From Deltaproteobacteria bacterium (GTDB lineage Bacteria; Desulfobacterota; Binatia; Binatales; Binataceae), in assembly GCA_021794015.1 (NCBI GenBank), contig JAJYRQ010000001.1, positions 39,448-103,447 on the forward strand: DNA of 64,000 bases. The letters run 5' to 3'. The translations under genes and the position numbers were made by a program. Numbering within the stretch: position 1 is the stretch's first letter; each line of letters begins with the position of its first letter. Under the pieces are notes generated by a model. The model was not told the DNA's origin and searched no databases. It saw nothing but the letters and a program-made list of their open reading frames with translations. Positions 41,208 through 50,321 of the stretch are shown here, in pieces.

Positions 41208-41534
41208 ATGGCTGCCAGCGCTTTTCTCGCCCAGGCCGACGCCGCGTTCGCCAGGATCGCCGCGTGGCTTGAAAAATTCGATCCCGACGAGCTCGACTAC
41301 AGCGTGGGCGACGGCATGGTGAGCATCGAGTTTGCCGACGGCTCGCGCTTTGTCGTAAGCCGCCAAAGCGCAGCGAACCAGCTTTGGCTGGCCGCCGCGG
41401 CCCACGGATGGCACTACAGTTGGAACGAAAGCCGGCAAGCTTGGCTCGACGACAAGGACGGACACGAGCTTTTTGCCGGGCTTGCTCGGGTGATTGGCGA
41501 GCAGCTCGGGCGCCAAGTTTTTTTCGACGGGTAG
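41208..41534 (+). CDS. cyaY: Frataxin-like iron donor protein CyaY
   Basis: 108 aa with CyaY motifs (DYSVGDGMVSIEFADGSRFVVSRQSAANQLWLAA...GWHYSW). Confidence 0.8.
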   Translation: MAASAFLAQADAAFARIAAWLEKFDPDELDYSVGDGMVSIEFADGSRFVVSRQSAANQLWLAAAAHGWHYSWNESRQAWLDDKDGHELFAGLARVIGEQLGRQVFFDG

Positions 41535-41590
41535 GCCGGGACGCTTGCGCCGCTGGGCGCGGCGCGCCCTACGTTTTTCTTTCTTCCAGC

Positions 41591-41683
41591 GGAGAGGTGG
41601 CCGAGCCCGGTTTAAGGCGCACGCCTGGAGAGCGTGTAAACTCCAAAAGGGTTTCGGGGGTTCAAATCCCTCCCTCTCCGCCA
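41591..41683 (+). tRNA. tRNA-Ser (anticodon GGA)
   Basis: 93 nt. Acceptor stem GGAGAGG/CCTCTCC. Anticodon stem CACGC/GCGTG with loop CUGGAGA. Long variable arm. T-loop TTCAAAT. Encoded 3' CCA. Confidence 0.85.
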
Positions 41684-41699
41684 CTTCCCGCTGCGCCGT

Positions 41700-42110
41700 C
41701 TACTCGGCACGCGGCTTGCCGCCCTCGACCGGGCCGCCGGCTGCCTTCCAGGCCTTGAAACCGCCGGCCATGTGGCACACCGGCTCAAGCCCCATTTGCT
41801 GAACGGTCTGCGCTGCCAGCGCAGAGCGCATGCCGCCCGCTCAGAAGAAGAGAAACTTCTTGCCCGATGCGAAGACCTCCTTATGGTAGGGGCTCTGCGG
41901 GTCGACCCAGAACTCGAGCATCCCGCGCGGCGCATGAAACGCTCCCGGAATTCGTCCGTCGCGGTTCAACTCCCGGATATCGCGCAGGTCGACGAAGACG
42001 ACGTTGGGGTCGTTCTTTAGCCGCAGGGCAGCCTCCGGGCCTACGCACGCTACGGCCGCATTGGCTTCGGCGACGAGTTGCGCTACCGATTTCTTCAGCT
42101 TGAGTGTCAT
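41700..42110 (-). CDS. Rhodanese-domain sulfurtransferase with an in-frame TGA (putative selenocysteine) at the catalytic Cys position
   Basis: The annotated ORF stops at TGA (41841-41843). Read through, it continues in frame as ...KKFLFF-U-AGGMRSALAAQTVQQMGLEPVCHMAGGFKAWKAAGGPV..., giving 136 aa in total. The TGA sits exactly at the catalytic Cys of the CxxGxR loop. A SECIS-like hairpin lies 15 nt downstream of the UGA. Confidence 0.6.
41807..41825 (-). promoter_or_regulatory. Candidate bacterial SECIS-like hairpin
   Basis: mRNA 5'-UCUGCGCU-GGC-AGCGCAGA-3' forms an 8-bp stem with a GGC loop, starting 15 nt after the in-frame UGA. Confidence 0.4.
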
Positions 42111-42410
42111 AACAACTCCGCTCCACCTCCGCCGGTTACCTGGTTGTGCGGGTTGCGCCGGCGCTCCCTTTCGCTGTGCCGGCGGGCTACAGGTTTAAGG
42201 TGGCCATGACGGCTTGCGCGACTGCGGCGCTGGCCGCGCGTTGTCTGCCTGCGACACGATAGCAGCTTACTGCCCCGGCGGGGGGCCGATGCAAGGGCCG
42301 CCCCGCGCGAGTTCCTGTCACGAGCGGCAAAAAGGCTCAAGCCCTTGTCTTACCGGCAGGCGCGCGAGAGGTCCCGGGCCCACGGCGCTCAGGCCGTGAC
42401 GCCGAGGCAT

Positions 42411-42480
42411 GCCCTGAGCGAAGCCGAAGGGGCGGCGCCTGCCTTTCCTTCCCCTCTCCCTCTGGGAGAGGGTCGGGGTG
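42411..42480 (+). repeat. GC-rich hairpin repeat (family E2), copy a
   Basis: GCCCTGAGCGAAGCCGAAGGGG...CCTCTCCCTCT-GGGAGAGG hairpin. Related copies at 60290-60320 and 60716-60796. Lies about 100 bp downstream of the NHL gene stop. Confidence 0.6.
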
Positions 42481-42579
42481 AGGGTGCTGATTGCGCCTGC
42501 CTGCACCCGCACCCGCGCCTTGGGCGCGACCCCTCCCGAATTGCCGGGAGAGGTGGGGAATCCCGGGTGTGGGGGTCGG

Positions 42580-44601
42580 TCACGGCAGGCAGACCGACTG
42601 CCCCCGGGCGATGCAGGCCACGGTCGGCACCAGGACCGGCGCCGCCGCGCCGACGAATTCGGCCACAAGGTTGCCAAGGTTTGTCACCCAGACATTTCCT
42701 GAGGCGTCAATCGCAATCCCGGTCGGCTGCTTTAAGTCGTTGGTGCAGCTCTGCGTGACGCACTGGGTAAACCCGGTGGACGGCGAGAGCGCGGCGCCCG
42801 ACGGGCTAAGCTCCGTAATACTCTTGGGGCCGGGGAGGCTTGACCCGAAGTTCGCCACCCAGACGTTGCCCGATGAGTCAACCGCGATGCCGAACGGCGC
42901 GCTAAGGCCACCGCCGGAATAGGGAGAGCTGCCGACATTGTTGCCTGACGGGTCGATCTCGCTAACGTTGTTGCCGCTGAAGTTTGTCACCCAGGCGTTG
43001 CCCAGGGGGTCGATCGCGATCCCTTGGGGGTTGTTGAGCGTGCCCGCGGTGTAGCCGCAAGGGGTCGCGTTGCTGGCGCATCCCGAGCTCGGCGACAGAA
43101 AAGCGCCGCCGGGGCTGACCTCGGCGATCGTGCCGAGGCTCGAGTTCACGCCTGACGGGCTGTCATAGTTGGCAATCCACAGATTGCCCACCGCGTCGAG
43201 CGCGGGCGGGTTGGCATTGATAAATTCGTTGCTGCTCAACGTTAGTAGCGTGCTCCCGGACGAGTTGAGTTCGACGACGGAACTCGGGTTGCCAACGCCT
43301 ACGACCCAGACATTGCCCGAGGGCTCGATCGCGACTCCGCCCACGGAGACGGACACGGTGTAGCCGCTATTTCCTGAAAGCGGACTCCCGGAGGGGCTGA
43401 GCTTCATGACAGCGGTAGCGCCGCCGTCGCCGACCCAGGCATTGCCGAAGAGGTCGATAGCCAGCGCGGCCGGTCCGTTCAGCCCGCCGCTAAGGAAGCC
43501 AACGGAACCGGAGAGCGAGGCGCCCAGCGGGCTCAGCTTGGCGACACCGGCTCCGGTAATGGGGTTAGCGATCCAGGCGTTGCCGGAAGCGTCGATCGCG
43601 ATGCCTGATGGATGATCCAACCCGCCGCCGGTGTAGGTCAGCGCGACCGTCCATGCGTTGGGCGCGCTGCCCAGGGGCGGCGCGAAAGCGGGCGTTGCCG
43701 AAGTCAGGTTGAACAGCGCGACGACGTTGTTGGCGGGGTTGAGCGCGATCTCCAGCGCGGCGCTAAGGGTGTCCTGTGGCTGGGCCACGCCGCCAGGCAC
43801 GGTGCAGGGTGCGCTGTTGTTCGTGCCGGGAGTCGAGCCCGGAACTACGCAGCTAAACAGGTTCTGGCATGCGGTTGAGCTGCTCCCGTTTGAGTTCACA
43901 CAGTCCTGAAGAATATCGGCGATGGTATTGAGCTCGGCTGCCGGCGAAACCACCTCGGGCGCCAGCGAGGCGGGGGCCAACCCGGTGGCAACGTCCACCA
44001 GGTTGGCCACCAGGGCCATGGCGTTGGCCAGCCCGGTGGCGTTCGAGAACGGGGCGCCGATGTCCAGGATGCCGGTGGCGGCGGTCCGCATTACGACCGG
44101 CGGGCCGGCGGTCTGCGCTCGCGCGGTTACCGCGCCGCCCGAAGTATTGATAAAGCGCGCCAGCGCCCAGACCGAAGCGACGGTGGTCAGCTCGTTGATA
44201 TCCACGGAAAAGGTGTTGGGCAGGTTGGCGCAGTTGCCCAACGCGGCCAGCATCTGGAGCGCGCTGTTGGTTCCCGCGCCGGGGTTGCCCCCCTGCGCGG
44301 TGAGGTAGACCTGCACGCCCGAGTAGGGGCAGCTAAAGTTCAGGGCGAAATGGCCGGTGGAGTCGGTGGTGGTGACGGCAAGCGAGGTTGCGCCCTGGCC
44401 GTAGCCGCCTGTCCCGGCCTGCCAGAGGGTCACGGCGGAGCCCGAGACCGGGTTCTGCCCGCCATGAACCTGCCCGGCTATGGCGAGCGCGCTGCCGCCC
44501 GCCGCGCCTCCCGCGCCGCCGCATCCCGCCGCCAGCGTCAGCAACAGCGCAGCTCGCAGCGTGGCGGCTGCGGCTCGCAGCAGATGCTTGTGTTTATCCA
44601 T
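42580..44601 (-). CDS. NHL-repeat beta-propeller lipoprotein (paralogue 1)
   Basis: Lipoprotein signal (LTLAAGC). Carboxypeptidase-regulatory-like N-domain. Multiple NHL-type repeats (GIAIDASGNVWVAN...). RBS AGGGGGAAG upstream of the MDKHKH start. Confidence 0.7.
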   Translation of the reverse strand: MDKHKHLLRAAAATLRAALLLTLAAGCGGAGGAAGGSALAIAGQVHGGQNPVSGSAVTLWQAGTGGYGQGATSLAVTTTDSTGHFALNFSCPYSGVQVYLTAQGGNPGAGTNSALQMLAALGNCANLPNTFSVDINELTTVASVWALARFINTSGGAVTARAQTAGPPVVMRTAATGILDIGAPFSNATGLANAMALVANLVDVATGLAPASLAPEVVSPAAELNTIADILQDCVNSNGSSSTACQNLFSCVVPGSTPGTNNSAPCTVPGGVAQPQDTLSAALEIALNPANNVVALFNLTSATPAFAPPLGSAPNAWTVALTYTGGGLDHPSGIAIDASGNAWIANPITGAGVAKLSPLGASLSGSVGFLSGGLNGPAALAIDLFGNAWVGDGGATAVMKLSPSGSPLSGNSGYTVSVSVGGVAIEPSGNVWVVGVGNPSSVVELNSSGSTLLTLSSNEFINANPPALDAVGNLWIANYDSPSGVNSSLGTIAEVSPGGAFLSPSSGCASNATPCGYTAGTLNNPQGIAIDPLGNAWVTNFSGNNVSEIDPSGNNVGSSPYSGGGLSAPFGIAVDSSGNVWVANFGSSLPGPKSITELSPSGAALSPSTGFTQCVTQSCTNDLKQPTGIAIDASGNVWVTNLGNLVAEFVGAAAPVLVPTVACIARGQSVCLP

Positions 44602-44717
44602 TTTGCTTCCCCCTGAAGGCCGAATGCCTTCTTTGGTTCGTTCGACGGACCAAGCGCCGTCGGAATTCTCCGCCTGCGATTGCAATGACAAACGGAACCG
44701 CTTTTCCCACAGGCTGG

Positions 44718-47237
44718 TCATGGCGTGCGTCCCGAGGAACCCCCTAACGGCGCCGGGCGGCCGCGAAGGGCGGGCTCGGGCCTTTGCGGAGGCCCGATAA
44801 GCGGAGTCGTCACCGGGACCGCAATGCCAACGAATTCGGTTACGCTGTCGGCGGCGAAATTAGCCGCCCACAGGTTGCCGGAGCGGTCGATGGCCGGGTT
44901 GAAGGGCTCGCTCAGGCCCCCGCCGGTAAAGCCGCTTGAAGGCGAAAGCGGCGTGCCGGGCGAGCTCGCGCCGCGGCCCTCAAGCGCGCTGATGCTTGCG
45001 CCATGGTAGTTGGTGACCCAGACGTTGCCCCCGCCGTCGACGGCCACACCGCCCGGAGAGGCGAGTCCGCCGCCGGTGAAACCGCGCGCCGGGGAAAGCG
45101 CGGCGCCGTCGGGTCCCAGCTCGGTTACGCTGTCTCCGTAAAAGTTGGTCACCCAGACGTTGCCCGCCTGGTCGACCGCGATCGCCTGGGGAAGGTCGAG
45201 TCCGCCGCCGGTATAGCCCGAAGAAGGAGAGAGCGCCGCGCCGCCGGGCGTAAGCTCGGAAACGTTGTCGTTGCTCTGGTCGGCAATCCAGAGGCTGCCC
45301 GCGCTGTCGAAGGCAAGGCCGACGGGAAAGTTGATGCCGGCGCCGGTAAAGCCGCCCGAGGGCGAGAGTGCTGTCCCTGTGGGAGCGAGCTTGGTGACGC
45401 TCGCGTTGCCGTAGTTGGCTGCCCAGACATTGCCCGCGGGATCGATCGAAAGCGCAACCGGAAAGTCGATGCCGCCGCCCCAATAGCCGCTTGCGCCCGA
45501 AAGCACAGCGCCGTCCGGGGCAAGCTTCGTTACGCTGCCGAGCCCGGAATTTACCCCGGGCGGGCTCTGTTCATTGCTTACCCAGACGTTGCCCGTTGCA
45601 TCCAGTGCGATCGCGAACGACTCCTCGAGGCCGCCGCCGGTAAAGCCGCCCGCGGGCGAAAGGGGCAACCCCGCTCCGCTCAGCTCGCTGACGGCGCTGT
45701 TGTAGTTGGCGACCCAGACGTTGCCCGCGCCGTCTATCGCCACGCTCGTCGGCTCGCTCAGGCCGGCGCCGACGAAATTAAGCGCCAGCGTCCAGTCAGT
45801 GGGCGGCGCGCCCAGCACGGGGGAGAAGACGGTCGCTTTGCCGGCGAGCGTGAAAAGATCGGCGACATCGACCCGGCCCGGGTTGAGCGCAATCGCGAGG
45901 GCGGCCTTCAATGTGTCCGAAGGCTCGGCAGCGCCCGGCGGCAAGCTGCACGTTCCGGTGCTTGCATTGTAAACGCCGGCCGCCGCGTCGCAGAAAAGCT
46001 CGTTGCAGGGCGCCGGACCGGTCGCCGACGGGCCTGCGCTGCTGACGCACTGCGCCAGCGCGTTGGCCAGCGTGTTCAGTTTCTCCACCGGCGCGGTTGC
46101 TCCCGCAGGCAGGTTGCCCCCCGGCGCCGTGCCGGCGCCGAGACTCACCAGGTTTTGCACCGCGCCAAAGGTGTTCTCGAGACCAATCAGGTTCGCTGAG
46201 GAAGTCCCGACGGCCTGCGGATTCACCGCATCCATGAACTGCGCCAGCGCGTAGACCGAGGCGACCGTGGTCGCCTCGTCGATAACCACCGTGGCAGGCG
46301 GGCCGACCCTGATGCTGCCGCCGCACGGGCCCAGCGCCGCCATCAGCTTGAGCGCGGAGTTATTTCCATTGCCGTCGTTGCCGCCGCTCGCAACCAGGTA
46401 GACGTACGACGGCGGGCCGGTCGAAGGGCAGTCGAAGAAGAGCGAAAAGCCGCCGTTTGAGGCGGTCGCGGTCGAGGCAAGCGCCGTTGCCCCGGAACCG
46501 TAGGCGCTTGTACCGGCCTGGTAGGCGGTGACGAACGAATTTGCGACGGGGCCAGCACCGCTGCCGACTCCCGCGCCTCCCTGAACGGTGCCAGATACAC
46601 TCTGCGCCGCCGCCGCCGGCGCCAAGCCAGGGCGCGGCCTCGGCGTCCCCCGGGGAGTTGGCGTCGCCGTTGAAGTTGGTCGGGGCGTGGGAGTAGGCGT
46701 GGCCAGGGCCCTGGGCGTCGCCCTCGGCGTTGGCGTGGGGGCCGGCGCAGTAGGTGTCGGCGGTGTGGGCGTAGGGCTTACGCCTTGTCTCGGTGTCCGC
46801 CCGCCGGGCGGGCGCGCGTCGGTCGCTAGCGCAAACCCAGGGGGCAGCGCCGAGGCGGCTCCGGTGGTGCCGCGGCTGCCGCTATCTTCGGCGCCAAGAC
46901 CGCCAAGCTTCAGCCGGGTCGGTTCCTCGACGCTGGACGCCGGCAGCGACTGAACCGCGAAACCTGGCCGCGGCGCTGCGTGCGTAGCCGCTTCAACCGG
47001 AGTGTCGCCTGTGGCCGGCGCGCCGGTAAGTCGCCTCGAAGGTGCACCCGGGTCTTGCTCGCTCCGCGCCGGCCCGCGGATGGCGCTCCTCTGAGACGAC
47101 GCGCTGAGACCGCCGGTGCCGCCGCTGCCGCCTCCCTTGCATCCGGCGACAAGCAGCCAGGCAGCAAGTACGCAGACCCAGGGCCGGCCCCGAGCCTTTG
47201 ACCGGCGCTCACCTTGGCTGCTGCGAACCCGCCTCAT
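44718..47237 (-). CDS. NHL-repeat beta-propeller lipoprotein (paralogue 2) with a Pro/Thr-rich linker
   Basis: Lipobox LLVAGC. Long PT-rich linker (TPTPPTPTAPAPTPTPRATPR...). Repeats homologous to paralogue 1 (VAIDGAGNVWVANY...). Confidence 0.7.
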   Translation of the reverse strand: MRRVRSSQGERRSKARGRPWVCVLAAWLLVAGCKGGGSGGTGGLSASSQRSAIRGPARSEQDPGAPSRRLTGAPATGDTPVEAATHAAPRPGFAVQSLPASSVEEPTRLKLGGLGAEDSGSRGTTGAASALPPGFALATDARPPGGRTPRQGVSPTPTPPTPTAPAPTPTPRATPRALATPTPTPRPTSTATPTPRGTPRPRPGLAPAAAAQSVSGTVQGGAGVGSGAGPVANSFVTAYQAGTSAYGSGATALASTATASNGGFSLFFDCPSTGPPSYVYLVASGGNDGNGNNSALKLMAALGPCGGSIRVGPPATVVIDEATTVASVYALAQFMDAVNPQAVGTSSANLIGLENTFGAVQNLVSLGAGTAPGGNLPAGATAPVEKLNTLANALAQCVSSAGPSATGPAPCNELFCDAAAGVYNASTGTCSLPPGAAEPSDTLKAALAIALNPGRVDVADLFTLAGKATVFSPVLGAPPTDWTLALNFVGAGLSEPTSVAIDGAGNVWVANYNSAVSELSGAGLPLSPAGGFTGGGLEESFAIALDATGNVWVSNEQSPPGVNSGLGSVTKLAPDGAVLSGASGYWGGGIDFPVALSIDPAGNVWAANYGNASVTKLAPTGTALSPSGGFTGAGINFPVGLAFDSAGSLWIADQSNDNVSELTPGGAALSPSSGYTGGGLDLPQAIAVDQAGNVWVTNFYGDSVTELGPDGAALSPARGFTGGGLASPGGVAVDGGGNVWVTNYHGASISALEGRGASSPGTPLSPSSGFTGGGLSEPFNPAIDRSGNLWAANFAADSVTEFVGIAVPVTTPLIGPPQRPEPALRGRPAPLGGSSGRTP

Positions 47238-47906
47238 GTCATCGGTCCCCGTTGTCGGAACAGCCTTGGGATTTCTCGCCGCGAGGTTGGGCTAAAGATG
47301 TGCCACAGGTCGCAACTAAACAGCGTGGGGAGACTCGACGCCGAGGACGCGATCGCGCTGTCGGCGCCGAAAAGGGGGTTGGCAGCGCAACGAATTTCGA
47401 CGCGGGCCGGCGCGACAGGGTCTGCCCTCGCCGTCCTGTGGGCCGCTGCGTAGGCCCTCACTCGCGGACCTGAGACCAGCCGCTGCCGGCCGCAGCGCTG
47501 TCTACCAAGCAGATACGGCGGGCTGGCAAGCACGGCACAGCCGCGCCGCTTGCGCTCGCGCCCATGCATCCTATCGGTCGTAGAGCCGCCGCGCGCCGCG
47601 AGAGTACCGCCGGCAGACAAACATACCCGCCCGCTGCCCCGGCCGGGCCGCTCGCCAAAATTGGCGCCATTGCTCCCCCTGTCCGCCACCTTTGCCTTAT
47701 CGCAGCAGAGATCCTCCTGGGGGCTTGCGCGACCAGAGGCCGGCGGCGACTAGCCGTTTCAACTAGCGGAAAGTCGCCCAGAAGTCAAGGAACGCGCAAT
47801 CACTCGCCGTGCCCAACGCGGACTGTGCTTGGCCTGCCAGGCGCGCACGGAAATGACCGCAGCGCCCGCGGTGGAACGGAACCTGTCTCGCTATATCGCG
47901 CGCCAA

Positions 47907-48362
47907 TCAAGACGAAAGGAGCGCCCAGAGAAGCCGGCTTGCCAGCGCGCCCGACGAGTCGAGCGCAACGTCGTAAAGCGACGGCGTGCGACCGGGAACG
48001 AAAAGCTGATGGCCCTCGTCGGAGAAGGCGTAAAGCACGCAAAGCACAAGCGCCAGCCACGCCCGCTGGCGCATCGGCCGGCGCACAATCAGCCAGTAAA
48101 GAAGCGCGTAGTTGAAAAAATGCGCAAATTTGCGAATCGCGTCGTTGGCAAGCGCTAGACTCATGCTTGACGCCCCGGGAAAAATCAGACCTGCCAACAG
48201 TTGCAGGACCGACAGCGTGTTGTCGGAGGAAAAAGACCCGGTTGAGAAAAAGAAGATCGCCGCGGCCCACGCAAGCGCCGGCCACCAGGCGCGCAGGCTC
48301 GTTTCGAGCGGCTCTTCCGTTACGCTACTTTCTCTCGGCTCGCTCGCTTCCGAGCGCTGCAC
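47907..48362 (-). CDS. VanZ-family membrane protein
   Basis: VanZ motifs (IRKFAHFFNYALLYWL...DEGHQLFVPGRTPSLYDVALDSSG). The start is uncertain (GTG near 48360; the ORF extends to 48488). Confidence 0.6.
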   Translation of the reverse strand: MQRSEASEPRESSVTEEPLETSLRAWWPALAWAAAIFFFSTGSFSSDNTLSVLQLLAGLIFPGASSMSLALANDAIRKFAHFFNYALLYWLIVRRPMRQRAWLALVLCVLYAFSDEGHQLFVPGRTPSLYDVALDSSGALASRLLWALLSS

Positions 48363-48522
48363 CGGTGTTGCCAAGTTAATCTCCTGCGGACGACATGCGG
48401 CGGATAACCGGTATGATAGAAGATACGGGTCCTGCTGGATACCGGGCGGCGGCGAGGCGTCCGGCGCGGGTTGCGGCGCGCCGCCCACAAGCTCCGGTCA
48501 GGCGGACTCGAGAGGCGGTGCC

Positions 48523-50040
48523 ATGGACGAAGTGCTTACCATCTCGCAGGCGCGTCCGCCGCAGCCTTGCACCCTGGTGATACTGGGCGCCTCGGGCGAC
48601 CTGGCGACGCGCAAGCTGCTTCCGGCGCTTTACAATCTTGAGGTCTACGGTCGGGGCCTGCTGCCGCCCAAGACGGCCGTCCTGGGTTTTGCCCGCACCG
48701 AGATGACGCCGGAAGGCTTTCGCCAGCGGGCGCGCGAGGCGGTCCAACGGCACGCGCCGGGCGGTCTGCGCGAAGAACTGTGGAACCGCTTTGCCGAGCG
48801 GCTGGACTACCTCTCCGGGCTGGAGCGCGCGGATGGCTTCGAGCGGCTCAAGCAGCGGCTCCAAGCGATTGAGACGGCCCGAGGCCTGCCGCCCAACCGG
48901 ATTTTTTACCTGTCGGTGCCGCCCGACGCGGTCCAGGACGCCGTGGTGAGATTGGACGGCGCGGGTTTGATCGCTCCTCCCCGCGGCGAGCACTTCAGCC
49001 GGGTGGTGGTCGAGAAGCCGATTGGCAACGATCTGGCCAGTGCGATGGAGGTGAATCGGACGCTGCGCAAGCATCTGGCGGAGTCCCAGATTTTTCGGAT
49101 CGACCACTATCTGGGCAAAGAAGTGGTGCAGAACCTCTTCGTGCTGCGCTTTGCCAACGGCATCTTCGAAGACATCTGGAACAACCGGCGCATCGCCCAT
49201 GTGCAGATAACCGTGGCGGAGAGCGAGGGGCTGGGCTCGCGCGCCGCTTACTATGACCCGGTGGGCGCGCTGCGCGACATGGTGCAAAACCATCTTTTGC
49301 AGTTGCTGTCGCTGGTGGCGATGGAGCCGCCGGTTTCCCTTGACCCCACCGCCGTGCGCCACGCCAAAGCCAACGCGCTGCGCGCGCTCAGGCCGGCGGA
49401 AGGCAGCCGGGTGCGGGAGCAGGTGGTGCGCGCGCGCTACCGGTCGGGGGTGGTTGACGGGCAGCGCGTGGCCGGCTACCTCGAAGAGCCCGGGGTGAGG
49501 CCGGAGCGCCGCGCCGAGACCTTCGTTGCGCTCAAGGTTTTCGTCGACAACTGGCGCTGGTCGGGCGTCCCGTTCTATTTGCGCACCGGCAAGCGCCTTG
49601 CCCGGCGCGCCAGCGCGGTTTTCGTGGTGTTCAAGGAGGTGCCCGAGATTCTCTTCAATCGCGGCGCCTGGCTCAGGCCCAATGTTTTTGCCATTCGCAT
49701 CCAGCCCGATGAAGGCTTCTCGCTGGACGTTCTGGCCAAGGAGCCGGGGCTGGACCTTGCGGTGCGCCCGGTGCGGATGAACCTGCGTTACGCTTCCGAG
49801 TTCGGGCAAGCGTCGCCCGACGCCTATGAGCATCTGCTGCTGGAGGTGATGAGCGGGGACCATACGCTTTTTCTTGGGGCCTCCTTCGTACGCACGTCGT
49901 GGGAGTTCGTACAGACGATCCTTGACCAGTGGCAGCGCGACCCCAGCATCCCGCTGGGGTCATACGAGGCGGGTAGCTGGGGGCCGCCCGAGGCGGACCG
50001 GCTGCTTGCCGCCGACGGACGTGCGTGGTTCGAGCCCTGA
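48523..50040 (+). CDS. zwf: Glucose-6-phosphate 1-dehydrogenase
   Basis: NADP-binding GASGDLA. Active-site IFRIDHYLGKE. Full-length, 505 aa. Confidence 0.9.
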   Translation: MDEVLTISQARPPQPCTLVILGASGDLATRKLLPALYNLEVYGRGLLPPKTAVLGFARTEMTPEGFRQRAREAVQRHAPGGLREELWNRFAERLDYLSGLERADGFERLKQRLQAIETARGLPPNRIFYLSVPPDAVQDAVVRLDGAGLIAPPRGEHFSRVVVEKPIGNDLASAMEVNRTLRKHLAESQIFRIDHYLGKEVVQNLFVLRFANGIFEDIWNNRRIAHVQITVAESEGLGSRAAYYDPVGALRDMVQNHLLQLLSLVAMEPPVSLDPTAVRHAKANALRALRPAEGSRVREQVVRARYRSGVVDGQRVAGYLEEPGVRPERRAETFVALKVFVDNWRWSGVPFYLRTGKRLARRASAVFVVFKEVPEILFNRGAWLRPNVFAIRIQPDEGFSLDVLAKEPGLDLAVRPVRMNLRYASEFGQASPDAYEHLLLEVMSGDHTLFLGASFVRTSWEFVQTILDQWQRDPSIPLGSYEAGSWGPPEADRLLAADGRAWFEP

Positions 50041-50321
50041 GGCTGTCTGCCGGCTGCGGATCTCTCCCAAGGCGAGTATCCGGCCGGGGCTGCCAAGGCC
50101 GGCCCCTGTCGGTCGGTGCAGGGTGCGTGTTATTTGGGTTGAAGCGGCTTTTGTGACTGCCGGCCGCGCCGCTGACGAAACCGGCCTTCGCGCGGCGGCG
50201 GTCCCGCGCTGAAACCGTGATGGCGGGCAGATACGCGCCACGACGCAGCGGTTATGATGCGACTGTGAAGCCAGCCGGCAACGGTGAAGGCCAGAACCTT
50301 GCGGAAATAAGGCGCCTGGTC

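Noticed and set aside
41591-41683. Possibility that the tRNA next to the TGA-containing rhodanese is tRNA-Sec
   Set aside because: The anticodon reads GGA (Ser) rather than UCA. The acceptor stem is the standard 7 bp and the variable arm is Ser-type. No tRNA-Sec is evident in this window.
42345-42758. ORFs yielding PSPLPLGEGRGEG-type peptides across the E2 hairpin
   Set aside because: Translation of a GC-rich hairpin repeat. Recurrent low-complexity artefact.
47238-47906. Sigma-54 promoter (TGGCAC-N5-TTGCW) upstream of the NHL lipoprotein genes
   Set aside because: Only partial matches were found by eye (e.g. TTGGCAgcgcaaCGAA). Not convincing without a scan.
48376-49863. 495-aa minus-strand ORF antisense to zwf
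   Set aside because: Shadow ORF opposite a textbook G6PDH.
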